DNA from: Coriobacteriales bacterium
GTDB lineage: Bacteria; Actinomycetota; Coriobacteriia; Coriobacteriales; UBA8131
Assembly: GCA_031263025.1 (NCBI GenBank)
Contig: JAISGO010000046.1
Location: forward strand, 1 to 56,024
Length of the DNA stretch: 56,024 bases
Direction: 5' to 3'
Positions 1 to 8,659 of this stretch are shown here, in pieces (the first letter of the stretch is position 1; every line of letters begins with the position of its first letter). The notes beneath the pieces were generated by a model. The model did no database searches and was not told where the DNA came from. It worked only from the letters and a program-made list of their open reading frames with translations. The position numbers and the translations under genes were made by a program.

Positions 1-588
1 TACCGGTAGATAGGCCTTGACGCGCTTGATCGGCCCCCCTTTGGCGAAGCTTGCGCCGCGGGCGCGCTGAGCATAGATCAGCTTCTGGGCCTCGTCGAAA
101 GTAATAGGGATGAAACGCATCGCGATCGAGATGATCATGGCGATATCCTCCACCGGCACTTTCAATTTGCTAAGGGGGCGCATCAGCGTGGTGAAGGCGT
201 CGGTCAAAGCGACGATCGGAGTAGTAAGGGTTAAAAGCGAAGTCGCCACCACCAAGAAAAGGATACGCAAGACGAAGTAGAGCCCGCGCAGAGCGCCACT
301 CAAACTGACCGCGAAAATCGGGTAGAAGGTGATGGTGTTAGCCAAGAAAGTGAAGACCAGGATAAAAAGCACCGGAGTGATTCCCCTTGCCACGCTGCGC
401 AGGCCCAGCTTGGCAAGGATGATCATGACGACGAGGGCCACCCCGAGAATCGCCAGACCGATCCAACTATGTACCACGAAGAGGGCTACCGCATAGACCA
501 CGAGGAGGAGGAGTTTGACCCTGGTATCGGCCTTGTGCACTGGAGTAGTGCCAGGGACGTAATTACCGATCGGCAGACGTAGGGCCAT
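1..588 (-). CDS. ecfT: ECF transporter transmembrane (T) component, EcfT/CbiQ family; 3' end cut by the window edge
   Basis: Hand translation of the minus strand from the ATG at 588..586, which overlaps the TAA of the upstream ATPase gene as TAATG. Product reads MALRLPIGNYVPGTTPVHKADTRVKLLLLVVYAVALF...QRARGASFAKGGPIKRVKAYLPV. It is polytopic and hydrophobic, and it is coupled to ECF-type ATPases. Confidence 0.8.
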   Translation of the reverse strand, partial: MALRLPIGNYVPGTTPVHKADTRVKLLLLVVYAVALFVVHSWIGLAILGVALVVMIILAKLGLRSVARGITPVLFILVFTFLANTITFYPIFAVSLSGALRGLYFVLRILFLVVATSLLTLTTPIVALTDAFTTLMRPLSKLKVPVEDIAMIISIAMRFIPITFDEAQKLIYAQRARGASFAKGGPIKRVKAYLPV

Positions 589-2024
589 TAGCAGGGCCCT
601 TTCTTGCTGAGATGTCCCGCAGCCAGGAAAAGGCGGCGATCAGCTAAAGCCAGGAATTTGTCAATATCATGACTGACCAATAAGATACCCACCCCGACCC
701 GGGCTTGGTTGCGCAGAAGCTCAAAGACGAAGTCCTGCCCGCGCAAATCCAAACCAGCCGTCGGCTCGTCTAAAAGCAGAAAACGCGGCCGCATCGCCAG
801 CACCCCGGCAAGCGCCACCCGCCTTGCCTCACCCCCACTTAAGGTGAATGGCAGGCGCTCCCGATAGCTTTGATAGTCCAGGCCGACCTGGGACAAGGCT
901 TGCTCGACTATCTCGGCATCGCTTTGTCCGGTGAGCCCGAGGTTGTGCGGGCCGAAGAGAATGTCCCGCTCTACGGTCTGGGCAAACAGTTGCAACTCGG
1001 GATGCTGGAAGACCAAGCCGACTTGACCGGGCTGGACGCTTTGGGCATCAAGCCGAACCTGCCCCGTACTCGGTTCCTCCAGGCCCGCCGCAAGGGCCAA
1101 GAGGGTCGACTTGCCGGCTCCGTTCTTCCCGGTCAAAAGCAGGATCTCGCCAGCTTCAAGACTGAAGCTGACATCTTCGAGCGCTGCCTGTTCGGCTTGG
1201 GGGTAACGGAAGCTGACCCCATCAGCCTCAAGTCGGCCCAGCTGGCTAGGGCTGTTTTTTGCAGATTGACCCACTGTAGGAGCTGTCCTATGATCGAAAG
1301 CCTGGGCTTGCAAGGCGGACGTTGGCTTGGGGACACGCTCGGGAGCAAGTATTTTCGGGGACACGCTATGGGGTGTCCCCACTGCCCTCCCCTGCTCCAG
1401 ATGGAGAACGGCATCGCCGAGGGCAGCCTCGGCCGGATCGTGGGTGATATGTAAGATACCGCAGCCCTGTTCCTGCAACTCTGACATCGCGGCCAACACC
1501 TCGCCGCGCCCATCGCTGTCTAACATACTGGTCGGTTCGTCGAAGACCATATAGCGTGGGCGCATCGCCAAGAAGGCCGCGATGATCAAGCGCTGCTTCT
1601 CACCGCCGGAGAGGGTGTTGGGATCTCGCCCCTCAAAACCGCCAAGGCCCAGCGTGGCCAGGGCCTCTGGCACCCGTTGGTAGATCCGCTCTGCGGGCAG
1701 GCGCAGGTTCTGCAGGCCAAAAGCAACCTCATCGAAGACCGTGGTGCTGACGATCTGCACGTCGGGGTTCTGCCCTACCACGCCCACCCGGGGGCGCAGG
1801 CGTTGGGCCGCGGCACTGTCCTCCATCGCTTCGCCGTCTACCCAAACCGAGCCGTCTTGGGGAAGATAGAGCCCGTTGGCAAGACGGGCAAGCGTTGATT
1901 TACCCGATCCGTTGGAGCCTGTCAGGCAAAGCCGCTCGCCGCATTTCAGCTCAAAGCTGATGTCTATGACTGCAGGGCTTTCGCTATTGGGATAGGCGAA
2001 GCTGACATGGCGGAATTCGAGCAT
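588..2024 (-). CDS. ecfA: Fused double ABC ATPase of an ECF transporter (EcfA1-EcfA2-like)
   Basis: 478-aa ORF with two ABC modules. Walker A: GSNGSGKST and GKNGAGKST. Signature: LSGGEKQR and LSGGEARR. Walker B: MVFDEPTSMLD and LLLDEPTAGLD. Confidence 0.85.
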   Translation of the reverse strand: MLEFRHVSFAYPNSESPAVIDISFELKCGERLCLTGSNGSGKSTLARLANGLYLPQDGSVWVDGEAMEDSAAAQRLRPRVGVVGQNPDVQIVSTTVFDEVAFGLQNLRLPAERIYQRVPEALATLGLGGFEGRDPNTLSGGEKQRLIIAAFLAMRPRYMVFDEPTSMLDSDGRGEVLAAMSELQEQGCGILHITHDPAEAALGDAVLHLEQGRAVGTPHSVSPKILAPERVPKPTSALQAQAFDHRTAPTVGQSAKNSPSQLGRLEADGVSFRYPQAEQAALEDVSFSLEAGEILLLTGKNGAGKSTLLALAAGLEEPSTGQVRLDAQSVQPGQVGLVFQHPELQLFAQTVERDILFGPHNLGLTGQSDAEIVEQALSQVGLDYQSYRERLPFTLSGGEARRVALAGVLAMRPRFLLLDEPTAGLDLRGQDFVFELLRNQARVGVGILLVSHDIDKFLALADRRLFLAAGHLSKKGPC

Positions 2025-2088
2025 GCTTTTATTATACTGGTAGGCTCAACCGCCCCGCCGGCGCAACCCCAGCCGAGCAGAAAGGGCT

Positions 2089-2967
2089 TTAGGCCCCGAG
2101 CTCCGTCAAGTCGACCTGGCGCACCCGGTCGACCACATGGCCGAGGATGGCGGTCGCCAAATGCATGAATTCCGGCAGGTCCACCGCCGTGGTAGCGAAT
2201 TGCCGCGTTGCCGGTGCGCTACCGTCATTGAACAGCTCACGCCGTCGCAAAAGCCCAGCCACGTCTGCGGCCACTTCGTCAGCTGAGGAGATGATCGCCA
2301 CCCGCGGCCCCATGATGGTCTCGATGAGTGGACGGAGCAGAGGATAATGAGTGCAGCCGAGCACGAGGGTGTCGACCTGGCAGCGCTTGAGGGGATCAAG
2401 ATAGTCGCGGGCGATCTCTTGCAGAGCCGGGCGGGTATAGACTGAAGTCAGACGGGACATGAAAGTCTCGACCGGGTTGCGGTCGAGCTTTAAGCCAGAC
2501 TCGGCAATCTCCACGAAAAGGGGCGTCGCCGTGCTAAAAACGGTAATGCCGGCGTCTAGAGTACGGATGCTCTCAGCATAGAGGCCGGACTCGATGGTGG
2601 CCTTAGTACCGATCACCGCGACCCGGCGGTTCTGCGTGGCCTGAGTGGCCGCGCGCGCACCTGGCATGATCACACCTAAAACCGGAATGTCCAGTTCTTG
2701 TTGGAGTTCCGTCAGAGCAGCGGCGGTGGCGGTGTTGCAGGCAATGACCAAGAGCTTTATCTGCTGCTGGTCAAGCCAATGCCCGATTTGGAGGGCGAAA
2801 CGGCGCACCTGTTCGAGCGGTCGTGGGCCATAGGGGCAGCGGATGGTGTCGCCGAAATAGTAGATCGATTCTTGGGGTAAGAGCCGGGCCATTGCCCGCA
2901 CCACGGTCATGCCACCGATGCCGCTATCAAAGATCCCGATTGGCAGGTTGTTAGTTCTGTCTTGCAA
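2089..2967 (-). CDS. murI: Glutamate racemase
   Basis: Motifs IGIFDSGIGGMTV, VIACNTATA and LGCTHYPLL. The track ORF extends to 3018 but would then overlap the upstream peptidase gene by 68 nt. A TTG at 2967 gives MQDRTNNLPIGIFDSG, a typical N-terminus. The start is uncertain. Confidence 0.85.
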   Translation of the reverse strand: MQDRTNNLPIGIFDSGIGGMTVVRAMARLLPQESIYYFGDTIRCPYGPRPLEQVRRFALQIGHWLDQQQIKLLVIACNTATAAALTELQQELDIPVLGVIMPGARAATQATQNRRVAVIGTKATIESGLYAESIRTLDAGITVFSTATPLFVEIAESGLKLDRNPVETFMSRLTSVYTRPALQEIARDYLDPLKRCQVDTLVLGCTHYPLLRPLIETIMGPRVAIISSADEVAADVAGLLRRRELFNDGSAPATRQFATTAVDLPEFMHLATAILGHVVDRVRQVDLTELGA

Positions 2968-3628
2968 AACCCAGCATATAGAAGAGATAGAGCAGAGAGG
3001 AAAGTGCAGCCGCCACATAGGTCATGGCCGCTGCGGTCAGAACCGAACGCGCCCCCTTGTACTCACCGGCCATCAGCGGGAAACTGGATTTAATGTAGTC
3101 CAGGCCGCGGTGCGAGGCGTTGAACTCCACCGGCAGGGTAATCAGCTGGAAGACGATCACTGCCGCATAGAGGATAATGGCCGCCCAGACCAGGTTGAGC
3201 ATGCCTAAGAAGATGCCCACCAGCAAGACGAAGACCCAGGCGTTGGAACAGAAGTTGACTACAGGCAGGATTGCCGAGCGTGCCCGCATCGGGAGGAATC
3301 CTTCTGCATACTGCAAGGCATGGCCGCATTCATGACAAGCGACAGCCACCGCTGAGACGCTGGTCGAATTGTAAACGGTCTTGGAAAGACTGACCACACC
3401 TGTACGCGGATCGAAATGATCGGTCAGCTCACCTGCCACGCATTGCACGGAAACATTGGTAAGGCCGTGACTATTGAGCATCTGGCGTGCGACCTGGGCG
3501 CCGCTCAGACCCATCGCGACGCCGACTTTCTGCCAGCGTTTGTAGGTCATCTTGATCGCCGCCTGGCTACCCAAGCCCAGGGCTAGCATCACGACGATGA
3601 GCAGGATATATGAAAAGCTGAAAGGCAT
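2951..3628 (-). CDS. Membrane zinc metallopeptidase (Zn_peptidase_2-like, HExxH)
   Basis: 225 aa with an N-terminal TM segment, an HECGH motif and C-terminal TM helices. Confidence 0.75.
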   Translation of the reverse strand: MPFSFSYILLIVVMLALGLGSQAAIKMTYKRWQKVGVAMGLSGAQVARQMLNSHGLTNVSVQCVAGELTDHFDPRTGVVSLSKTVYNSTSVSAVAVACHECGHALQYAEGFLPMRARSAILPVVNFCSNAWVFVLLVGIFLGMLNLVWAAIILYAAVIVFQLITLPVEFNASHRGLDYIKSSFPLMAGEYKGARSVLTAAAMTYVAAALSSLLYLFYMLGFARQN

Positions 3629-3643
3629 TAACAGAGATTGTAG

Positions 3644-4357
3644 CTACAAGAAATGCATCTCATTCAACGGCGAGTAAACAAACCAGGCTTGGGTGATCAC
3701 ATTGCTCAGGGGCACATCGCCGAAATAACGGCTGTCCGAGGAATTGGTACGGTTGTCCCCCATTACCCAGATACAGTTCGCGGCTACCTTGTGCGGATAG
3801 GTGATGGTTATCCCGGGCGCGGTCGTCAGGGGCAGCGAGGGCTTGCCGTCGGTGTAGGGCTCGCTTAGGGCCTTACCGTTGACCACGACCTTGCCATTAA
3901 CTAGGTTAACCGTGTCCCCAGCAGTCGCGATTACCCGCTTAAGTAGGTCCTTGCTGCTCAGTTTGTCTTTGAAGACAATCACGTCGCCGGGCTCAGGCTG
4001 GCGAAACCAATACTGTACGTTTTCGGTCATGATCAGGCTGCCCGTCATCACAGTATCCTCCATCGAACCGGAGGGCACCTCATAATTGTCGATCGTGCCG
4101 GAAACGCGCAACCCCCCAACCACCAGGAAAACGACCAGGACGATTATGATATAGGGCAACAGGCTACGGAAAAGGGCGTATTTACGCGGCTTTTTCACGA
4201 AATCCTGGGGCTCCATCTGCAACATCTGGTGCGAGGCTGGAGGCTGCCCCATCAAAGGCGGGATTGGCTTGATGCGATTGTTTTGATTGTCCTCGTCCAT
4301 GGATCCGTCCGTTCCGACCTTCATACAAGCACTTCCGCCCGCCGAACCAGGAAACAT
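3644..4357 (-). CDS. lepB: Signal peptidase I (S26 family)
   Basis: Motifs PSGSMEDT (catalytic Ser), LKRVIATAGD (catalytic Lys) and GDNRTNSSDSRYFG. The track ORF runs to 4486 but would overlap rubrerythrin. Internal ATGs at 4357 or 4324 are more plausible starts. Confidence 0.85.
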   Translation of the reverse strand: MFPGSAGGSACMKVGTDGSMDEDNQNNRIKPIPPLMGQPPASHQMLQMEPQDFVKKPRKYALFRSLLPYIIIVLVVFLVVGGLRVSGTIDNYEVPSGSMEDTVMTGSLIMTENVQYWFRQPEPGDVIVFKDKLSSKDLLKRVIATAGDTVNLVNGKVVVNGKALSEPYTDGKPSLPLTTAPGITITYPHKVAANCIWVMGDNRTNSSDSRYFGDVPLSNVITQAWFVYSPLNEMHFL

Positions 4358-4406
4358 ATCACTGGCCAGACAGGCGGAAGTGTATTCAGCATAATCTAAG
4401 GAAGAC

Positions 4407-4964
4407 CTAGAAGTTCTCGCACAGCTCCTCAAAATAAGCTTGGGGATGGCCACAAACCGGACACACCGCCGGCGCCTCGCTGCCAAAATGGATATGGCCG
4501 CACTGGCGGCACTTCCAGGCCTTGACCCCGTCGCGCTTAAAGACCGCGCCGGCTTCCAGGCGGGCGATCAGTTGGTTGTAACGCTCGTCGTGGTGCTTCT
4601 CGATCTTACCGACTTCCTCGAACAACTGGGCGATCTGGGTGAAGCCCTCGGCTTTAGCGGTCTCGGCGAAACCCTGATACATCTCGGTCCACTCAAAGTG
4701 CTCGCCAGCTGCCGCATCCTGCAGATTGAACTTGGTGTCCAAGACCTTGCCGGGAGTGTTGCCGCCATCGTGCAGAATTTTGAACCACATCTTAGCGTGG
4801 GTGTTCTCGTTGTGCGAGGTCTCGCCGAAGATAGCGCCGATCTGCTGATAGCCCTCCTTGGCTGCCTGCTTTGAGTAGTAACCGTATTTAACTGAAGCCT
4901 GGGATTCGCCGGCAAAGGCCGCCTCCAGGTTCTTCTTGGTTTCGGATGTGTTGAAATCAGCCAT
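4407..4964 (-). CDS. rbr: Rubrerythrin
   Basis: 185 aa. Ferritin-like four-helix region (EAAFAGESQA, ENTHAKMW, EHFEWTEMY, EKHHDERY) plus a C-terminal rubredoxin-like CRQCG...CPVCG. Confidence 0.9.
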   Translation of the reverse strand: MADFNTSETKKNLEAAFAGESQASVKYGYYSKQAAKEGYQQIGAIFGETSHNENTHAKMWFKILHDGGNTPGKVLDTKFNLQDAAAGEHFEWTEMYQGFAETAKAEGFTQIAQLFEEVGKIEKHHDERYNQLIARLEAGAVFKRDGVKAWKCRQCGHIHFGSEAPAVCPVCGHPQAYFEELCENF

Positions 4965-5107
4965 GATTCTTCCTCTCTTTTCTTTGACTAGACCTTATTA
5001 TAGCTTTATGGCCCCCACTGTCTCAGAGGGCAAGTAACGCTTCGATGTCCTTTCAGGGCGCGCATCTCTTTTCTCATCGTTTTCGCGAAGCGCTTTCTGC
5101 CGATAAG

Positions 5108-5133
5108 GAAAAGGGCCCCGAAAGGCCCTTTTC
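5108..5133 (-). terminator. Hairpin terminator candidate downstream of the NlpC/P60 gene
   Basis: gaaaagggcc / ggcccttttc forms a 10-bp stem with a 6-nt loop. The flanking A/T tracts sit inside the stem, giving a bidirectional look. Confidence 0.5.
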
Positions 5134-5155
5134 CCATGTGCTTCACCTATTCAGA

Positions 5156-6310
5156 TCAATCGAAATGCAGGGCGCATTGGAAGTTGGAGGCGCTGCCATA
5201 GCGAATCCCCCAGGCTGCCCCCATCGCCTCGAGGGTCTGGCCGCCGCCGATATAGATGGCCACGTGACCGGGGTGCCAGAGCACGTCACCGGGCTGGGCC
5301 TCGCTCACCGAGTAGCGCGCGTCAGCGCTCGCGTACATCGCGCTCGAGCTATGTGGCAAGCTCGCCACACCGGCCTTGGCATAGCAGTACTTCACGAAAC
5401 CAGAACAATCGAAGTAGAAATTCGAGGTATCGTAAGCGCCCCAGACATAGTGGGAACTATGTGCCGGAGAGCCTACCCGTTTGTAGACATAGCTGGCCCA
5501 TTTGACTACACCGCTGTGGCCGGTAGCGTTGGCCGGGCGCGGAGCATAGGTCACGCTGCTGCTGCCCGATCCGCCAGGGTTACTGGGCGTATGAGTCGCG
5601 GCTTCTTCCAAGGCCAGGGCCCTGGCCTTGGCGTTGAGGCCCTTTAGTTCGGACTTCAAGGAGGCCTGGGCGGAAGCCGCCTGGTCACGAGCCTGTTTGG
5701 CCTCGCCCGCCTTCTCGCTGGCGACCTGAGCTTGGTTGTTGTACTGGGTATAGGCGTCCTGCGCGGTGGCCTTGGCCGTCTTGTTCTTGGCAATCAAATC
5801 GGCGTTGTCGTCATTGATGCCGTTGAGCAGGGTCCAGGTCGAGGTGAAAGACTGGAAAGAGGTCGCCCCCAGGAGCACGTCGAGAAAGGAGAAAGGGCCC
5901 TGTTTATACATCGCGGCCGCACGCTGGCCAAGTTCGCTTTGGGTCTGGTTAATCACTTGATTGGCGGCGTTGATACGTTTTTGTTGGGCTGCCATGTTGG
6001 TCTTGGCGGTCTGCTCGTCGCTGAGGGCGGAATTATAGGTATCGGACAGATTATCGAGCTTGGTCTGCTGCGCGGCAATCTTGGCGGCTACCGACTTGGC
6101 CTTGGCCTTGACTTGCGCCGCAGTCTCGGCATAGGCGAGATTGACCGACGATGCGCCCGAGCGGACAGGCTGGAAAGGCAGGAAAGTCACTGCCAGGAGC
6201 AAGGCTAGGGTCAGGCATACGAATCCGCGTAGGACTCCGCGTGCAGAAAGAAATCCTCCCGTTTTTGCGACATTTTGCTCTCTGCGCATTCTGTCTCCTT
6301 GAGTTGACAT
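5156..6310 (-). CDS. Secreted NlpC/P60 (C40) peptidoglycan hydrolase with an N-terminal coiled-coil region
   Basis: N-terminal TM/signal segment, an Ala/Gln/Lys-rich coiled-coil-like middle, and C-terminal FDCSGFVKYCY...GHVAIYIGGGQTLEA (catalytic Cys/His of NlpC/P60). Confidence 0.85.
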   Translation of the reverse strand: MSTQGDRMRREQNVAKTGGFLSARGVLRGFVCLTLALLLAVTFLPFQPVRSGASSVNLAYAETAAQVKAKAKSVAAKIAAQQTKLDNLSDTYNSALSDEQTAKTNMAAQQKRINAANQVINQTQSELGQRAAAMYKQGPFSFLDVLLGATSFQSFTSTWTLLNGINDDNADLIAKNKTAKATAQDAYTQYNNQAQVASEKAGEAKQARDQAASAQASLKSELKGLNAKARALALEEAATHTPSNPGGSGSSSVTYAPRPANATGHSGVVKWASYVYKRVGSPAHSSHYVWGAYDTSNFYFDCSGFVKYCYAKAGVASLPHSSSAMYASADARYSVSEAQPGDVLWHPGHVAIYIGGGQTLEAMGAAWGIRYGSASNFQCALHFD

Positions 6311-6365
6311 CCCTTATATGGTAACACAAGCCTCGTCCAAGTCAAGCCAGCCCAGCTAGAATGGT

Positions 6366-6647
6366 CTAGGAGATATCCAGGATAGGCTGCATCGTCTTGG
6401 GATTGTAGAGCTCGATATTTCCCGTCAAGACCTCGGCGTATTGAAAAGAGTTGCGCTCGCGGCGGTTACGGTTCTTGTGTAGCTCGGCATTGAAAAAGGT
6501 CGCGTAAAGCGACGTAATCACGCCGACGCTATCCAAATCGCGCGAACGACCCATATCCGCCATGAAACGGATCTTCTCGCCCACATGCTCAGACAGCTTC
6601 AGCTTGATGTCGGTAATGGTGATTTTCGGTGCTTCTTGTACGCTCAT
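6366..6647 (-). CDS. veg: Veg-family small protein (DUF1021)
   Basis: From the ATG at 6647: MSVQEAPKITITDIKLKLSEHVGEKIRFMADMGRSRD...RNSFQYAEVLTGNIELY. It resembles B. subtilis Veg (..ERVSYSYADILTETVEL..). The upstream part of the track ORF looks non-coding. Confidence 0.7.
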   Translation of the reverse strand: MSVQEAPKITITDIKLKLSEHVGEKIRFMADMGRSRDLDSVGVITSLYATFFNAELHKNRNRRERNSFQYAEVLTGNIELYNPKTMQPILDIS

Positions 6648-6696
6648 GATGAAGTAAAATGTCGGCATATTGTAGCACAGAAAGAGAGCAAAATCA

Positions 6697-7683
6697 ATGC
6701 AGACCGCATGGCTCTGTGCCGGGCAGGGCGCCCAGTTCGTCGGCATGGGCAAAGACCTCTACGATGCTTACCCTGAGACGCGTCCGATCTTCGATACCCA
6801 CAGCCTGGAAGCAGTGGCCCCAAACACTCAGCCAGACGGTAGCGGTCAGCAGGTCAGCCTGGCTGAACTCTGTTTCAACGGCGCCAAGGAGCGCCTCAAC
6901 GACACCCGCTACACCCAAGCCGCCATGGCTGCTTTCGCGGTCGCGGTCATCCAAGTCTTGAAAGGGCGGGGCCTTAGCCCTGACTACGCCTGCGGCCTTT
7001 CTCTGGGCGAGTACTGCGCTTTACATGTCGCTGACGTACTCAGCGCAGACGCTTTGATCGACCTCCTGGATTTCCGGGGCGCCGCCATGGCCGCAGCCTC
7101 GGCCCCCGACCAGGCAATGGTGGCTGTGCTCGGCCTTTCCGACCAGGCAGTCGAGGACTGCGTCAGTGGTATCCAGGCCGAGCTGCACGAGCGTTGCCTT
7201 GGTATCGCCGCCTGCGCCAACTTCAACTGCCCAGGACAAGTAGTGGTCTCTGGCAACGCCCCGGCGCTCGACCTCGCCAGCGAAGCACTCAAGGCAGCCG
7301 GGGCCAAGCGCATCCTGCCCCTGGCCACCAGCGGAGCTTTCCATACTCCTTTGATGCGTCCGGCCCAGCCCCCGCTCTCGGCCAAGCTCGCCAACACCTA
7401 TTTGCGCCCGCAGGCCCTCCCGGTCATCTTCAATGTCACCGGCCACCCTGGCGCCGACGACAAGGTCAAGGGGCTGCTCACCCGTCAGTTGATCTCGCCA
7501 GTACGGTTCTCCACCTGCCTACAGACCCTGGCCGCCGCCGGCGTCACCCGCTTCATCGAGATCGGCCCGGGCAAAGCCCTGACCGGCTTCGTCAAAAAGA
7601 CCCTCAAGGGGCTCGACGGGCTCGAAACCTACACCATCCAGGGCGCTGACGACCTCGAACGCGTCGCCGAAGCCTGCGCCTAG
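6697..7683 (+). CDS. fabD: Malonyl-CoA:ACP transacylase
   Basis: Motifs AGQGAQFVGMG, GLSLGEYCAL (active-site Ser) and SGAFHTPLM. Confidence 0.9.
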   Translation: MQTAWLCAGQGAQFVGMGKDLYDAYPETRPIFDTHSLEAVAPNTQPDGSGQQVSLAELCFNGAKERLNDTRYTQAAMAAFAVAVIQVLKGRGLSPDYACGLSLGEYCALHVADVLSADALIDLLDFRGAAMAAASAPDQAMVAVLGLSDQAVEDCVSGIQAELHERCLGIAACANFNCPGQVVVSGNAPALDLASEALKAAGAKRILPLATSGAFHTPLMRPAQPPLSAKLANTYLRPQALPVIFNVTGHPGADDKVKGLLTRQLISPVRFSTCLQTLAAAGVTRFIEIGPGKALTGFVKKTLKGLDGLETYTIQGADDLERVAEACA

Positions 7684-7771
7684 AACGCCCCATCGGGGAC
7701 ACCCTAAAGCGCCCCGCTCCCAAACGAGGACACTTAAAATCGCTTTTCTTTCATTCGGGGACACCGTAGCG

Positions 7772-7924
7772 GAGCACGCGAGTACCCGCAGGCGCCAAGC
7801 TCAGCGGAGTTAACCGCTCTTTTGAGCGGGAGAGAAAAGCATTGAGCTTGAACGAATGCGGGGGTGAGCGCGCGCAGTGTACTGGAGTACTCGAGCACGC
7901 GAGTACCCGCAGGCGCCAAGCTCA
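7772..7924. repeat. Pair of identical 32-nt direct repeats (7772-7803 and 7893-7924)
   Basis: gagcacgcgagtacccgcaggcgccaagctca occurs twice. The second copy abuts and overlaps the stop of the sugar transferase gene. Confidence 0.9.
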
Positions 7925-7942
7925 ATGCTTTTCTCCCCGCTC
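7824..7942. repeat. Inverted repeat: 7824-7850 is the reverse complement of 7917-7942, the 3' end of the sugar transferase CDS (1-nt indel)
   Basis: gagcgggagagaaaagcattgagcttg compared with the reverse complement of caagctcaatgcttttctccccgctc. The spacer is about 66 nt. Confidence 0.85.
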
Positions 7943-8542
7943 AAAGACCCCTTCACCGGAAAAGACAGTATAAAAGGTCCGCAAGAATATCTTGCAATCC
8001 AGCGCAAAACCCACGTGCTGGACATAATAACGGTCGAGGGCAAGGCGCTCGTGCCAGGCGATGGCGTTGCGCCCATAGACTTGGGCGTAGCCGGAAAGCC
8101 CAGGGCGCATCAACAGCTTCGCTTCTTCACCCGGACGATACAGGGCGACCTCCCGAGCGAGGTCGGGACGCGGTCCCAGCCAAGACATATCGCCTTTGAG
8201 GATGTTGAGCACTTGGGGCAGTTCGTCCAAGGAGGTCTTGCGCAGGAAAGCGCCGATTTTGGTCTGGCGGGGATCGTCGGCGGCGTTATAGGTGGAGCCG
8301 TCCGCCTCCTTCAAATCTGGAGCCCCCACCCGCATGCTGCGGTATTTGTAGAGGGTGAAAGCGCGCCCACCCCGACCGACCCGGGGCGCGTTATAGAAGA
8401 CCGGGCCAGCGTCCTCGTGTTTGATCAAAGGAGCACATATCAACCACTGGATCCCGATGAAAGGCAGGGCGATCAGGCTGAGTAAGATATCGAAGAGGCG
8501 TTTGACCACCCGTACATAGAAACTGTCAGCTCGTTTTTCCAA
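7922..8542 (-). CDS. Undecaprenyl-phosphate sugar phosphotransferase (bacterial sugar transferase family, priming enzyme)
   Basis: 206 aa with an N-terminal TM (KRLFDILLSLIALPF), YKYRSM, PRQTKIGAFLRKTSLDELPQVLNILKGDMSWLGPRP. Confidence 0.85.
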   Translation of the reverse strand: MEKRADSFYVRVVKRLFDILLSLIALPFIGIQWLICAPLIKHEDAGPVFYNAPRVGRGGRAFTLYKYRSMRVGAPDLKEADGSTYNAADDPRQTKIGAFLRKTSLDELPQVLNILKGDMSWLGPRPDLAREVALYRPGEEAKLLMRPGLSGYAQVYGRNAIAWHERLALDRYYVQHVGFALDCKIFLRTFYTVFSGEGVFERGEKH

Positions 8543-8659
8543 GACACCTTATTATAGTTGTCTAACCCGCAAAAACGAGGGGTTTTCCCAAAACAAAGCA
8601 CAACAGACAAGCTTGCCCGACTCCTCGCACGCCATGGCCCACGATGTTAAACTAAAAGG

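Noticed and set aside
870-1898. Several ORFs of 70-190 aa on the strand opposite to, or out of frame with, the ECF ATPase gene. The same pattern recurs throughout the high-GC parts of the window (for example 5045-5647, 7021-7649, 16434-17474, 18605-19672, 41450-43189, 47465-48319 and 50496-51609).
   Set aside because: They lie entirely inside longer ORFs with clear family motifs, and their products are low-complexity (Arg/Ala/Gly/Pro-rich). This is typical of stop-poor alternative frames in GC-rich DNA.
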